NCBI GenBank assembly: GCA_964504495.1
Contig: CAZDFV010000001.1
Span: forward strand, 1 to 51,688
Direction of reading: 5' to 3'
Source of the DNA: an uncultured Rhodothermales bacterium
Lineage (GTDB): Bacteria; Bacteroidota; Rhodothermia; Rhodothermales; Rubricoccaceae
DNA length: 51,688 nt
The notes below the pieces were generated by a model. That model made no database searches and was not told the origin of the DNA. It saw only the letters and a program-made list of their open reading frames with translations. Made by a program: the position numbers and the translations under genes. Positions 1 through 9,421 of the stretch are shown here, piece after piece (within the stretch, counting starts at the first letter, position 1; each line of letters starts with the position of its first letter).

Positions 1-576
1 CTCGAAGAACAGGTCGAGCAGGCCCGCGCCCGCGTCGCCACGATCCGCGCGCAGGCGACGACGTCGGACGCGCAGGCCCGCGTCCAGACCGCGCAGGCCG
101 GCGTGCCCGAGGCCCAGGCCGCCGCCGTCGACGACCAGGTCGCCGGGGTCGACGCCCAACTGGCGGCGATCGCGGACCGGATCGCGAGCGCGGCCGTCGA
201 GAACCCGACGTCCGGGACCGTCCTCACCGTCGTCGCCGAGGCCGGCGAGACCGTCCGCACCGGGACCCCGCTCTACACCGTCGCCGACCTCTCGGCCCTC
301 ACGCTCCGCGCCTACGCGACGGGGGATCAGCTCCCGCGGCTCCGGCTCAGCCAGGACGTCCGCGTGCTCGTGGACGGCGGAGACGGCGGGCTCCGCGCCC
401 TCCAGGGCACGGTCGTCTGGATCGCCGCCGAGGCCCAGTTCACCCCGACGCCGATCCAGACGCGCGACGAGCGGGCCGAGCTGGTCTACGCCTTCGACGT
501 CCGCGTGCCCAACCCGGACGGGCTCCTCAAGGTGGGGATGCCCGGCGAGGTCGTTTTCCCCGACGCCGCCCGCTAG
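1..576 (+). CDS. HlyD-family efflux membrane fusion protein (YbhG-like), 5' end outside window
   Basis: Frame open from base 1; coiled-coil then IENPTSGTV-like motif and AEAQFTPTPIQTRDERAELVYA typical of YbhG-type adaptors; precedes ABC genes. Confidence 0.9.
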   Translation, partial: LEEQVEQARARVATIRAQATTSDAQARVQTAQAGVPEAQAAAVDDQVAGVDAQLAAIADRIASAAVENPTSGTVLTVVAEAGETVRTGTPLYTVADLSALTLRAYATGDQLPRLRLSQDVRVLVDGGDGGLRALQGTVVWIAAEAQFTPTPIQTRDERAELVYAFDVRVPNPDGLLKVGMPGEVVFPDAAR

Positions 577-613
577 CCCCGCTGGCGACCGTCGCCAGCC
601 GCCCGGGCCTCCG

Positions 614-1579
614 ATGTCCCACGTTTCCGCCAGCCCCGCCCCCGTCGAGGTCCGCGACCTCGCCAAGCGCTACGGCGAGACCGCGGCGCTCGGCGGCGTG
701 TCCTTCTCCGTCGAGCCCGGCGAGCTGTTCGGCGTGATCGGGCCGGACGGCGCGGGCAAGTCGACGCTGTTCCGCATCCTCGTGACCGTCCTCACGCCCG
801 ACGCCGGCGGCGCTCGGCTCGACGGGCTCGACGTCGTGGCCGACTACCGCGCGGTCCGCCAGCGCGTCGGGTACATGCCCGGGCAGTTCTCGCTCTACCC
901 CGACCTGACCGTCCGCGAGAACCTCGAGTTTTTTGCCTCGGTGTTCGGGACGACCGTCGAGGCCGAGTACGACCTCATCGCCCCGATCTACTCGCAGATC
1001 GAGCCGTTCGATGACCGCCGCGCGGGCGACCTCTCGGGCGGGATGAAGCAGAAGCTGGCGCTCTCGTGCGCGCTCGTCCACCGCCCGCGCGTTCTCGTCC
1101 TCGACGAGCCGACGACGGGCGTCGACGCTGTCTCGCGCGTCGAGTTCTGGGACATGCTCGACGAGATGACGGCGGCCGGGATCACGACGCTCGTCTCGAC
1201 GCCGTACATGGACGAGGCCGCCCGGTGCGACCGCGTCGCGCTCCTCCAAGGCGGGCGGCTCCTCCACGCGCCCGACACGCCCAGCGCCGTCGCCGCCTCG
1301 CTCGGCGCCCCGCTCGTCCGCGCGAGGGCGGAGGGCGACCGGGCCGCGCTCCTCGCCGCGCTCCGCGCCGTCCCCGCCGTCGCCCGCGCCGAGGTCTTTG
1401 GCGAGTGGATCCACGTGACCGGCGCCGAGGACGATGCCGACCGGCTGGCGGCGCGCGTCCGCCAGTCTCTCGATGCGTGGGACGGCGTGACCGCCGAGCC
1501 GGCCGACCCGACCGTCGAGGACGTCTTCATCGCGCTCATGGGCGACCCCGACGCGCACGCCCCCGCGTCCGATGCCTGA
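614..1579 (+). CDS. ABC transporter ATP-binding protein (ABC-2/YbhF-like)
   Basis: Walker A GPDGAGKS, signature LSGGMKQ, Walker B VLVLDEPT. Confidence 0.93.
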   Translation: MSHVSASPAPVEVRDLAKRYGETAALGGVSFSVEPGELFGVIGPDGAGKSTLFRILVTVLTPDAGGARLDGLDVVADYRAVRQRVGYMPGQFSLYPDLTVRENLEFFASVFGTTVEAEYDLIAPIYSQIEPFDDRRAGDLSGGMKQKLALSCALVHRPRVLVLDEPTTGVDAVSRVEFWDMLDEMTAAGITTLVSTPYMDEAARCDRVALLQGGRLLHAPDTPSAVAASLGAPLVRARAEGDRAALLAALRAVPAVARAEVFGEWIHVTGAEDDADRLAARVRQSLDAWDGVTAEPADPTVEDVFIALMGDPDAHAPASDA

Positions 1580-2339
1580 GCACCCGATTCCGACCGAGGA
1601 CGCGGCCGTCTGGGCGCGCGACCTCACCCGCCGGTTCGGCGACTTCACCGCCGTCGACGCGATCTCGTTCGCCGTCGCACGGGGCGAGGTGTTCGGGTTT
1701 CTGGGCGCGAACGGGGCCGGCAAGACCACGGCCATCAAGATGCTGACGGGGCTCTTGGCGCCCTCGTCCGGCGAGGCCCACACGGCCGGGCACGACGTGG
1801 CCGCCGCGCCCGACGCCGTCAAGCGCCGGATCGGGTACATGAGCCAGCGGTTCGCCCTCTACGACGACCTCACGGTGCGGGAGAACGTCACGTTCTACGG
1901 CGGGGTCTACGGGCTCTCCGACCGCGAGATCGCCGACCGGATGGCGGCGGCGCTCGACCGGCTCGGGCTGGGACACGCAGCGGGCGAGCGGGTCGGGCGG
2001 CTCCCGCTCGGGTGGAAGCAGAAGCTGGCGTTCTCGGTCGCCCTCCTCCACGAGCCCGAGGTCGTCTTCCTCGACGAGCCGACGGGCGGCGTGGACCCGG
2101 TCACGCGGCGGCAGTTCTGGGAGATGATCTACGCCGCCGCCGCTGCGGGCACGACGGTCTTCGTCACGACGCACTACATGGACGAGGCCGAGTACTGCGA
2201 CCGCGTCTCGATCATGGTGGCCGGGCGGATCGCCGCGCTCGGGACGCCCGCCGACCTGAAGCGCCAGCGGGGCGCCCGCTCGATGGACGAGGTGTTCGTC
2301 GGGCTCGTCCGGCCGGAGAGCAGCCCCGACGAGCCGTGA
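1572..2339 (+). CDS. ABC transporter ATP-binding protein (second subunit)
   Basis: GANGAGKTT, LPLGWKQ, VFLDEPTGG, TTHYMDEAE; overlaps upstream stop. Confidence 0.93.
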   Translation: MPEHPIPTEDAAVWARDLTRRFGDFTAVDAISFAVARGEVFGFLGANGAGKTTAIKMLTGLLAPSSGEAHTAGHDVAAAPDAVKRRIGYMSQRFALYDDLTVRENVTFYGGVYGLSDREIADRMAAALDRLGLGHAAGERVGRLPLGWKQKLAFSVALLHEPEVVFLDEPTGGVDPVTRRQFWEMIYAAAAAGTTVFVTTHYMDEAEYCDRVSIMVAGRIAALGTPADLKRQRGARSMDEVFVGLVRPESSPDEP

Positions 2340-3430
2340 GCGCCTTCCGCAGCTTCGTCGTCAAGGAGACGCGGCACATCCTCCGCGACCGGCAGACGCT
2401 GGCCGTCCTGCTGGCGCTCCCGTTCGTCATGGTCCTCCTGTTCGGGTACGCGATTCGGACGGACGTGGAGGACGTCCGCGTGCTCGTCGTGGACCCCAGC
2501 CGGGACGCCCGGAGCGCGGAGCTGACGCGGGCCATCGCGTCCACGCCGGCGCTCCGGCTCGTCGGCGTGCACGCGAGCGTGGAGGCCGTCGAGCCCCGGC
2601 TCCGGGCGGGCGAGGCGGCCGTCGCGCTCGTCCTCCCGACCGACTTCGCGCGGCGCGTGTCGCGGGGGACGGCCGAGGTCCTCGTCGTGAGCGACGGGGC
2701 GAACGCCAACTACGCGACCTCGGCCGAGGGCTACGTCCGCGCCGTCGTCCAGCGGTGGGCGGCCGCGCAGGGCGCGGGTCCGCCGGCCGTCCGCCTGTCC
2801 GTGCGGATGCGGTTCAACCCGACGCTGGCGTCCGAGAACCTGTTCGTGCCGGGGCTGCTCGCGTTCGTCCTCACGCTCGTGAGCGCGCTCATGACGGCCA
2901 TCTCGATCGCCCGCGAAAAGGAGACGGGGACGATGGAGGTCCTGCTCGTCTCGCCGCTCCGGCCGGTCCAGATCGTCGTGGGGAAGGTGGCCCCGTACCT
3001 CGCCCTCGCGTTCCTCAACGCGCTGACGGCGCTGGGCGTGGCCGCGCTCGTGTTCGGCGTGCCCGTCCGGGGGAGCCTCACGCTCCTGCTGGCTGTGTCG
3101 CTCGTCTACGTCCTCGCCTCGCTCGCCCTCGGCGTCCTGGTCTCGGCGCGGACGCCGGACCAGCGGACGGCCATGATGGGCGTCCTCCTCGGCCTCCTCA
3201 TCCCGACGCTCGCGCTCACCGGGTTCATCTTCCCGATTGCCTCGATGCCCGGCTGGCTCCAGCCCGTGACGAACGTGGTCCCGGCCACGTGGTTCATCGT
3301 CGTCGCGCGCGGGGTCATGCTGAAGGGCGTCGGGCTGGCCGTGTTGTGGAAGGAGGTCCTCGTCCTGTGCGCGTTCGCCGCCGTCCTGCTGGCGGCCGGC
3401 GCGCGCGCCCTCAACGACCGGATCGAGTAG
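2336..3430 (+). CDS. ABC-2 transporter permease (YbhS-like)
   Basis: GTG start overlapping upstream TGA (GTGA); KETRHILRD, IAREKETGTME, multiple TM helices. Confidence 0.9.
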   Translation: MSAFRSFVVKETRHILRDRQTLAVLLALPFVMVLLFGYAIRTDVEDVRVLVVDPSRDARSAELTRAIASTPALRLVGVHASVEAVEPRLRAGEAAVALVLPTDFARRVSRGTAEVLVVSDGANANYATSAEGYVRAVVQRWAAAQGAGPPAVRLSVRMRFNPTLASENLFVPGLLAFVLTLVSALMTAISIAREKETGTMEVLLVSPLRPVQIVVGKVAPYLALAFLNALTALGVAALVFGVPVRGSLTLLLAVSLVYVLASLALGVLVSARTPDQRTAMMGVLLGLLIPTLALTGFIFPIASMPGWLQPVTNVVPATWFIVVARGVMLKGVGLAVLWKEVLVLCAFAAVLLAAGARALNDRIE

Positions 3431-3434
3431 CGCC

Positions 3435-4553
3435 ATGCGGACCCTCTTTTTCCTCATCCGCAAGGAGACGCTCCAGGTGCTCCGGGACCGGATCATGCTG
3501 GTCCAGATCTTCGTGCCGCCCGTCGTCCAGCTCCTCGTCGTGGCGCAGGCCATGACGTTCGAGGTGGCGCGGACCGACCTCGCGCTCGTCGACCTCGACC
3601 GGAGCCCGGCGTCGGAGCGGCTCGTCGAGCGGTTCACGGCGTCCGGCCGGTTCGCGGTCTCGGTCGTGACCGCCTCGGGCGACGCGGCCGACCGGGCGCT
3701 CCTGACGCGCGAGGCGAACGCCGTCCTCCGCATCCCCGACGGCTTCGGGCGGGACCTGGGGCGCGGGCAGCCGCCGAGCGTCCAGCTCGTCCTCAACGCC
3801 GAGGACGGGGCCTCGGCCGGCGTCGTCCAGGGGTACGCGAACCGGGTCCTGGCCGACTTCTCTCGGGCGGAGGCCGCGCCGGCCGTCCGACCCGCCAGTC
3901 TGGGCGGGGGCGGCGTGGCCGTCCAGACGCGGACGCTCTACAACCCGCAGGGCGAGTACCTGGGCTACATGTCCATCGGGCTCCTCGCCTCGCTGGTCAC
4001 GCTCGTCGGCGTGCTCCTGACGGCCCAGAACATCGCCCGCGAGCGCGAGGTTGGCACGCTCGAGCAGCTCAACGTGACGCCGATCACGCGCGGCCAGTTT
4101 ATCGCCGGCAAGCTGGTCCCGTTCTGGGTGCTGGGCCTGATCGAGCTGACGCTCGGGCTCGTCATCATCCGGTGGGCGTTCGGGATCCCGTTCGTGGGCG
4201 CCGTCGGGTGGGTGTACCTCGGGGCGGGCGTCTACCTCGTGGCCGCGCTCGGGCTCGGCCTCCTCATCTCGACGGCCGTGGCGACGCAGCAGCAGGCCAT
4301 GTTCGTGACGTTCTTCGTCCTCGTCACGATGCTCTTCCTAGGCGGCGTCTTTACGCCGGTCCAGTCGATGCCGGGGTGGGCGCAGGTCGTGGCCGAAGCC
4401 AACCCGATCAAGCACTTCGTCGACGTCCTCCGGACGGTCCTGATGAAGGGCGGCGGGGGGGCGGAGACGGCCGGGGCGCTCGGGGCAATGGCCGCCTTTG
4501 CGGCCGTCGTGCTCCCGCTCGCGCTCATCCGCTACCGGAAGACGGCGGCCTAG
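3435..4553 (+). CDS. ABC-2 transporter permease (YbhR-like)
   Basis: KETLQVLRD, IAREREVGTLEQLNVTP, multiple TM helices. Confidence 0.9.
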   Translation: MRTLFFLIRKETLQVLRDRIMLVQIFVPPVVQLLVVAQAMTFEVARTDLALVDLDRSPASERLVERFTASGRFAVSVVTASGDAADRALLTREANAVLRIPDGFGRDLGRGQPPSVQLVLNAEDGASAGVVQGYANRVLADFSRAEAAPAVRPASLGGGGVAVQTRTLYNPQGEYLGYMSIGLLASLVTLVGVLLTAQNIAREREVGTLEQLNVTPITRGQFIAGKLVPFWVLGLIELTLGLVIIRWAFGIPFVGAVGWVYLGAGVYLVAALGLGLLISTAVATQQQAMFVTFFVLVTMLFLGGVFTPVQSMPGWAQVVAEANPIKHFVDVLRTVLMKGGGGAETAGALGAMAAFAAVVLPLALIRYRKTAA

Positions 4554-4558
4554 CGCAC

Positions 4559-4588
4559 CGCACTACCGGAGCGCCTCGCGGTAGTGCG
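4559..4588. terminator. stem-loop between convergent genes
   Basis: CGCACTACCG (4559-4568) / CGGTAGTGCG (4579-4588), perfect 10-bp stem just after permease stop; no U-tract. Confidence 0.4.
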
Positions 4589-4703
4589 CCAGCCGCTGGT
4601 GGAGCACGGCGAGCGCGCCTTCGGTAGGCACTGGCCCTGACGTGATACGGGGGCGCTCTCCAGAGAGAACGCCCCCGCGATCCGTCGGGCGACCGGCTGG
4701 CAG

Positions 4704-5417
4704 CTACTTCGACGCCTTATCGAGGAGCGTCCGTAGAGCACCGAGGTCGCCCCCGTGCCTCGCCCCCTCGTCCGAGGAGCGGTCGAGGATCTCCTCGATG
4801 GAGCAGCCAGCCCAGTCCGTCGTACCCTGGAGGTAGCGCTGTGCGCCAGCCAATGCGGTCTCCGCAGCGGCGGCGATTCGAGCCTCCTCCCAATGCCCGG
4901 CCAGCGCGTCTAGCGAGCGGTCGAGGAGGTGGGCGTTCGGGCTTTCGTTCTCCAGGAGGTGCGTCGTGTAGAACCCGATGGCCTCCCGGCTGGCGGCGGA
5001 CGCCGGTGCGCCGAGGAGGTGGTGGTCCAGCATGAGCAGCGCGGCCGTCTGCTCGGTGATGTAGTCGGGGACGTTCGGGTGGCGCTCCATTTCGGCGCGG
5101 ACGGCGGCGTCTGCCTCCTCCCACGACTCCGAAGAGGCGACGGCGACCCGAATGGCCGTGCTCATCTCCCGCCGATGTCGCAGGGATGCCCTCGCCTCGT
5201 CCGGCGTCATCGCGCGGAGCTCCTCCAGCGACAGTCCCTTCTTCTGCTCAGAGAGCGGGACGGCGATCCTGATTGGGCTCATCACGATTGCGGGGGCCGC
5301 CTCGCTCGCGGCAGGTACCTGAGCCTGGGTTTCAGCTTCGTCGCACCCGAGCTGGAACAGGCTGAGGAGTCCGTCAAGAAGCCAAACCGGGGTATGCGGG
5401 TGGTTCGATGGAAGCAT
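4704..5417 (-). CDS. hypothetical protein, probable (possibly degenerate) lipoprotein
   Basis: 237-aa ORF with normal globular composition; hydrophobic N-terminus ending QLGC; lower GC than flanks. Confidence 0.65.
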   Translation of the reverse strand: MLPSNHPHTPVWLLDGLLSLFQLGCDEAETQAQVPAASEAAPAIVMSPIRIAVPLSEQKKGLSLEELRAMTPDEARASLRHRREMSTAIRVAVASSESWEEADAAVRAEMERHPNVPDYITEQTAALLMLDHHLLGAPASAASREAIGFYTTHLLENESPNAHLLDRSLDALAGHWEEARIAAAAETALAGAQRYLQGTTDWAGCSIEEILDRSSDEGARHGGDLGALRTLLDKASK

Positions 5418-5462
5418 GGTGGTGTAGGGGCTCTTGTTTAGAGTTAAGTCCGTAGAACTTAA

Positions 5463-5755
5463 TCATGCAAAGCAACATGGCGGCGGCGGAGTTACTGCAT
5501 CACCGCAGATAGCACTTTCTTCGTTCCACCCATGAAACCTTCTACGAAGTAGTCGAAGTACATGTCGCCATTGTAGTCGCACGCCATGTTCCATTACGTC
5601 CAGTCGTACCTCCATTCGTAATCAGCCACGCCCCAGCAAAGCTCATCTCCGTAGTAGCATACCTCATGCGCGGTAGGGGCAGCAGACATCACAAAAACGA
5701 GGGCTAGAGCGACGCGTTTCAGAATAACCTGCTCAGTGGAGTGGCGATCGTGCAT
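5463..5755 (-). pseudogene. small secreted Cys/aromatic-rich peptide gene, apparently interrupted
   Basis: Hand translation from ATG 5755: MHDRHSTEQVILKRVALALVFVMSAAPTAHEVCYYGDELCWGVADYEWRYDWT* (TAA 5594-5596), in-frame continuation WNMACDYNGDMYFDYFVEGFMGG, and shifted-frame tail EESAICGDAVTPPPPCCFA* ending 5463. Confidence 0.4.
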
Positions 5756-5922
5756 AATTAAAAAATAACCCTCCCCCCGTCAAGTGCCGATTCTCGATTT
5801 CGCATGTCACAACAGGCAGTTTCTCCTTTCCACGCCGCGTTGGACGTACGTGCTCTGCCGCGTCTCGCCGGGATGTTCAGCGGCAGTACGCTAGCGGGCG
5901 GCGGACCCTAACGGCGGGCGCA

Positions 5923-7326
5923 CTACCGCAGCGTCTCGCGGAACGCGGCCAGCCGCTGGCGGAGCGCGTCGAGCGTGTCGGCCAGCGCCGGGCGCCGGTC
6001 GAGGTCGTCCATTAAGTTGTCCGACTGGGCCGGGTCGGCGACGGTATCGAACAGGGTCTCGACGGGCGGGTCCGCGCCGGTCCAGACGAGGTAGGTGTAG
6101 CGGTCGGTCACGACGCCCTCGGACTCGGGGATGCGGCCGTCGTAGCCGAAGTGGTACTCGTAGAAGAAGTCCGTCCGCCAGTCGTCGGGGTCGCGGCCGG
6201 TTATGATCGGCGCGAGGCTCCGCCCCTGCACGCCCTCGGGCACCGCCAGCCCGGCGAGGTCGAGGACCGTCGGCGCGAGGTCGACATTGAGGGCGATCTC
6301 GTCGCGGACCTGCCCCCGCGCCTCGGCCGGCACGCGCGGGTCGTAGATCAACAAGGGGACGTGGATCGACGGGTCGTGCCCGTACCACTTCCCGGCCAGC
6401 CCGTGCTCACCCAGAAAAAACCCGTTGTCACTCGTGAACACGACGACCGTGTTCTCCTCGAGCCCCAGCCGCTCCAACTCCGCCCGGATCTCGCCCACGG
6501 CCCGGTCGATCCCGGTCACGAGCCGGTAGTACCGCTTGACGTTGGCCTGGTAGAGCGAGTCCGTCCCGAACCGGACGCGCCACCGCGCCCGGCCCTCCTC
6601 GCGGGGGTTCCGGACAAAGCCGAACGCCGGCAGACTTTCCGCCTTGTGGTACGCCGTGTCCGCCGGCGGGGGGATCGTGGCGTCGGCGTAGAGGGCGGCG
6701 AACGTGGGGTCCGGCGCGAACACGTTGTCGCCCTCGACGTGCGGGGCCTTGAACGAGACCGAAAGGAGGAACGGGGCGTCCTGGTCCGCCGCGCGGCGGA
6801 GGAAGCGGACGGCCTGCCGCCCCATGAGGCGCGTGAGGTGGACCGGCTCGCCCGTCTCGTCGTCCGTGGCGGAGTAGCTGCCCTGGCCCCCGAACCCGTG
6901 CCACACGTCGAAGAGCGTGTCCGGGAGCGCGCCGCCGAGCCCCCACTTGCCGATAAAGCCCGTGAAGTAGCCGGCCCGCTCGAACACGGCCGGGTAGCTC
7001 GCGGCGAGCTGGCGACCGGAGAGCGGCGTCCCGAAGTCCCAGATCCCGTGGCGCCGGGCGTACTGGCCGGTCAGGATCGAGGCCCGGCTCGTCATGCAGA
7101 TCGACGAGGTGACGTAGGCGTTGGCGAACCGCGTGCCATCCTCCGCGAGCCGGTCGAGCGCCGGCGTCTGGAGGACCGAACTTCCGGCGGCCGAGAGCGC
7201 GTCGGCCCGCTGGTCGTCGGTGACGAGGACGATCACGTTGGGTCGCTCGCCCGGCCCGCTGGCGGAGGGCGAGCCCGCGCAGCCGCCGACGGCGACCGCC
7301 AGCGCGGCGAAGACGGCCCGGCGCAC
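5923..7326 (-). CDS. S1 (formylglycine-dependent) sulfatase, lipoprotein
   Basis: PNVIVLVTDDQR, CMTSRASILTG, GKWGLG, SDNG, GEHGLAGKW; signal ending VGGC. Confidence 0.93.
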   Translation of the reverse strand: MRRAVFAALAVAVGGCAGSPSASGPGERPNVIVLVTDDQRADALSAAGSSVLQTPALDRLAEDGTRFANAYVTSSICMTSRASILTGQYARRHGIWDFGTPLSGRQLAASYPAVFERAGYFTGFIGKWGLGGALPDTLFDVWHGFGGQGSYSATDDETGEPVHLTRLMGRQAVRFLRRAADQDAPFLLSVSFKAPHVEGDNVFAPDPTFAALYADATIPPPADTAYHKAESLPAFGFVRNPREEGRARWRVRFGTDSLYQANVKRYYRLVTGIDRAVGEIRAELERLGLEENTVVVFTSDNGFFLGEHGLAGKWYGHDPSIHVPLLIYDPRVPAEARGQVRDEIALNVDLAPTVLDLAGLAVPEGVQGRSLAPIITGRDPDDWRTDFFYEYHFGYDGRIPESEGVVTDRYTYLVWTGADPPVETLFDTVADPAQSDNLMDDLDRRPALADTLDALRQRLAAFRETLR

Positions 7327-7333
7327 GGTGGGG

Positions 7334-9136
7334 CTACCGGACGAGCGTCATCCGCCCGGACAGGGTCTGCCCGTCGACCGTGAGGCGGTAGAGGTAGACG
7401 CCGGCCTCGACGTCGGCCCCGCGGAACGGGGCGGCGTGCGCGCCCGCGCCCTGCCGCGCGTCCACGAGCCGGGCGACCTCGCGGCCGAGCACGTCGAACA
7501 CCGCCAGCCGGACGTGCCCCGGCGCCCGGAGCCGGTACCGGATCTCCGTCTCGGCCCGGAACGGGTTCGGGACGTTCGACACGCGCACCGCCAGCGGCTC
7601 AGCCGCCACCTCCGAAGACACGAAACCCGTCCCCAGGGCGATCTCGAACGTGTTGACCGAGTAGGGGCCGATCTCGGCGGCGACGCTCCCCGACCCGCCG
7701 AGGTCCGCGCCGTCCGTCACGACCGCGTCGTTCCGGGTCTCGTCGGTCACGCGGAGGGTGTACGAGGCGAGGGCGCGCGTCCCCGCGTCCTCCTCGACTT
7801 GGACCGTGACGTCGCGGGCGCTGCCGGTCGTGTTCGTCACGCTCACGTAGACCGTGTCCTCGCCCGCCTTGCGGAAGGCGACGGCATTCGCCTGCATCCC
7901 GTTGAACGGCGTGACGCCGAGGACGGTCGACGAGTCCGGCTGCGCCGAGGTCAGCTGGCGGAAGGCGTAGTAGTGCGTGTACGGCTCGGGGTCGGGGATC
8001 TGGGGCGGACTGAGTGAGACGAGTCCGCCGGGGTTGAACCCGTCGCGGTCCGCGTCGGCCGCGTTCGGGTAGTTGGTCTGGAAGTAGTACCACGCACCTG
8101 TCCCGAAGTTGACGGCGGCCCCGAACTGCTGCGCGAACGAGAGCGCCGTGCTGAGGCCGGGGCTGATCCCCGCGTTCTGGAGGAACTGCTTCGACCCGTG
8201 CGTCTCCGACTGGTGGAGCGGCTTGTCGCCGGCCTCGGTGTTGAGGTCCCGGAAAAGGTCGCCGCGGACGCCGTTCTCGTACTGGTGCGTCGCCACGATG
8301 TCGATCTGGTCCCACGCCTCGGGCCGCTCATCCTTGAAGTAGCGGACGTAGTCGAGCGCCCCGCCTTGAAACGACGAGCCCGCCCCGCCCGGCGCGAACG
8401 TGCTCGGCCCCATGACGCGGGGGATCGGCATCCCCGTCGTGTTCACGGCCGGGTCGTTCAGGAGCGCCTTGAACGCCGGGACGGCCTGGGCGAAGATTTC
8501 GGCCACGCCGCGCCGCGTGTCGCCGGCGAACCCGTAGTGGTGCGTCCGGCACTGGTTCACGTTCCCGCCGCACACGAGGAGGTCCGGCTCGTTCACCGCG
8601 TTCAGGACGTCGACGGTCACGCCCCGCTCGTCGTAGGCGCGGAAGACCTGGAAGTACCAGTCGGCCAGCTTGTCGTAGATGTCGGGGTCGTCGGTGTCGA
8701 GGACCCGGTACGTCCGCTCGACGCCGTCGCGCCCCGTGAGCACGAGGTCCTTGCGGAGCTGGTCCGGGAACGAGTTCGTGACGACGGAGAACTCGACGCC
8801 CGGCCGGACGGCGCGGACGGCCTTCACGAAGTCGGCCCGCCGGTCGAAGTAGGTCGGGTCCTCGTCGGGGTAGAAGCCGGTGCCGTTTGGCCGGTTGGTG
8901 TACTCCTGGAGGGTTACGAGGTCGAGGTCCTCCGCGATCAGGCGGACCAGCTCGGCCTGAGCCTCCGGGCTCGCGCTGCGGTAGTTGTTGAGGAACAGCC
9001 CGAACGAGACGCCGGCCCCGTCGAACTGCTGCCGCGCGTCGTCGAGGTCGACGGTGACCGTCTGCGCGGCGGCCGGACCGCTGGCGACGACCGCCAGCGC
9101 GGCGAGGAGGACGGCGGGGCGGAGCGTCAGGGTCAT
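7334..9136 (-). CDS. GH30-like (clan GH-A) glycoside hydrolase with T9SS C-terminal sorting domain
   Basis: Signal peptide from ATG 9136; QQFDGAG strand, NAVNEPD (acid/base), LHQSE (nucleophile candidate); C-terminal VPNPF...DVLGREV...GVYLYRL. Confidence 0.75.
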   Translation of the reverse strand: MTLTLRPAVLLAALAVVASGPAAAQTVTVDLDDARQQFDGAGVSFGLFLNNYRSASPEAQAELVRLIAEDLDLVTLQEYTNRPNGTGFYPDEDPTYFDRRADFVKAVRAVRPGVEFSVVTNSFPDQLRKDLVLTGRDGVERTYRVLDTDDPDIYDKLADWYFQVFRAYDERGVTVDVLNAVNEPDLLVCGGNVNQCRTHHYGFAGDTRRGVAEIFAQAVPAFKALLNDPAVNTTGMPIPRVMGPSTFAPGGAGSSFQGGALDYVRYFKDERPEAWDQIDIVATHQYENGVRGDLFRDLNTEAGDKPLHQSETHGSKQFLQNAGISPGLSTALSFAQQFGAAVNFGTGAWYYFQTNYPNAADADRDGFNPGGLVSLSPPQIPDPEPYTHYYAFRQLTSAQPDSSTVLGVTPFNGMQANAVAFRKAGEDTVYVSVTNTTGSARDVTVQVEEDAGTRALASYTLRVTDETRNDAVVTDGADLGGSGSVAAEIGPYSVNTFEIALGTGFVSSEVAAEPLAVRVSNVPNPFRAETEIRYRLRAPGHVRLAVFDVLGREVARLVDARQGAGAHAAPFRGADVEAGVYLYRLTVDGQTLSGRMTLVR

Positions 9137-9178
9137 GGTAGGCTTCCCCCGTGGGAGTGAGTTGAGCGGGTGCAGCAC

Positions 9179-9330
9179 GAGTTCCCCTCCTGGACAGGAG
9201 TGGCCAGGGGTGGTGGATCGTCGGAGCACAGCGCCTCGCCCGGCTTCCGAACTCTGCCCGATCTACCCCCTCCCCGGAGCCTGTCCCCGCGTAGGCGGGG
9301 GCGGACTCCCCCTGTCCAGGGGGAGGACTC
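9179..9330. repeat. REP-doublet / MITE-like palindromic element, copy 1
   Basis: Imperfect terminal inverted repeats (GAGTTCCCCTCCTGGACAGG ... CCTGTCCAGGGGGAGGACTC); 9262-9329 is the exact reverse complement of 22699-22766. Confidence 0.85.
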
Positions 9331-9421
9331 GTGCGTGGCCGTCGTGCCAGACGTCACCGCGTGAGGGCTCCGCCAGCCAGAAACGGGAGTGTGGAGGCGG
9401 GGGCCGTACGGAATCATCCGG

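Noticed and set aside
1-4553. Efflux operon with two separate ATPase genes as a novelty
   Set aside because: A common YbhG/F/S/R-like arrangement in Bacteroidota-related genomes
5424-5452. GTAGGGG on the plus strand resembling the ECF motif
   Set aside because: Poor -10 match and it points away from the adjacent minus-strand gene; probably chance
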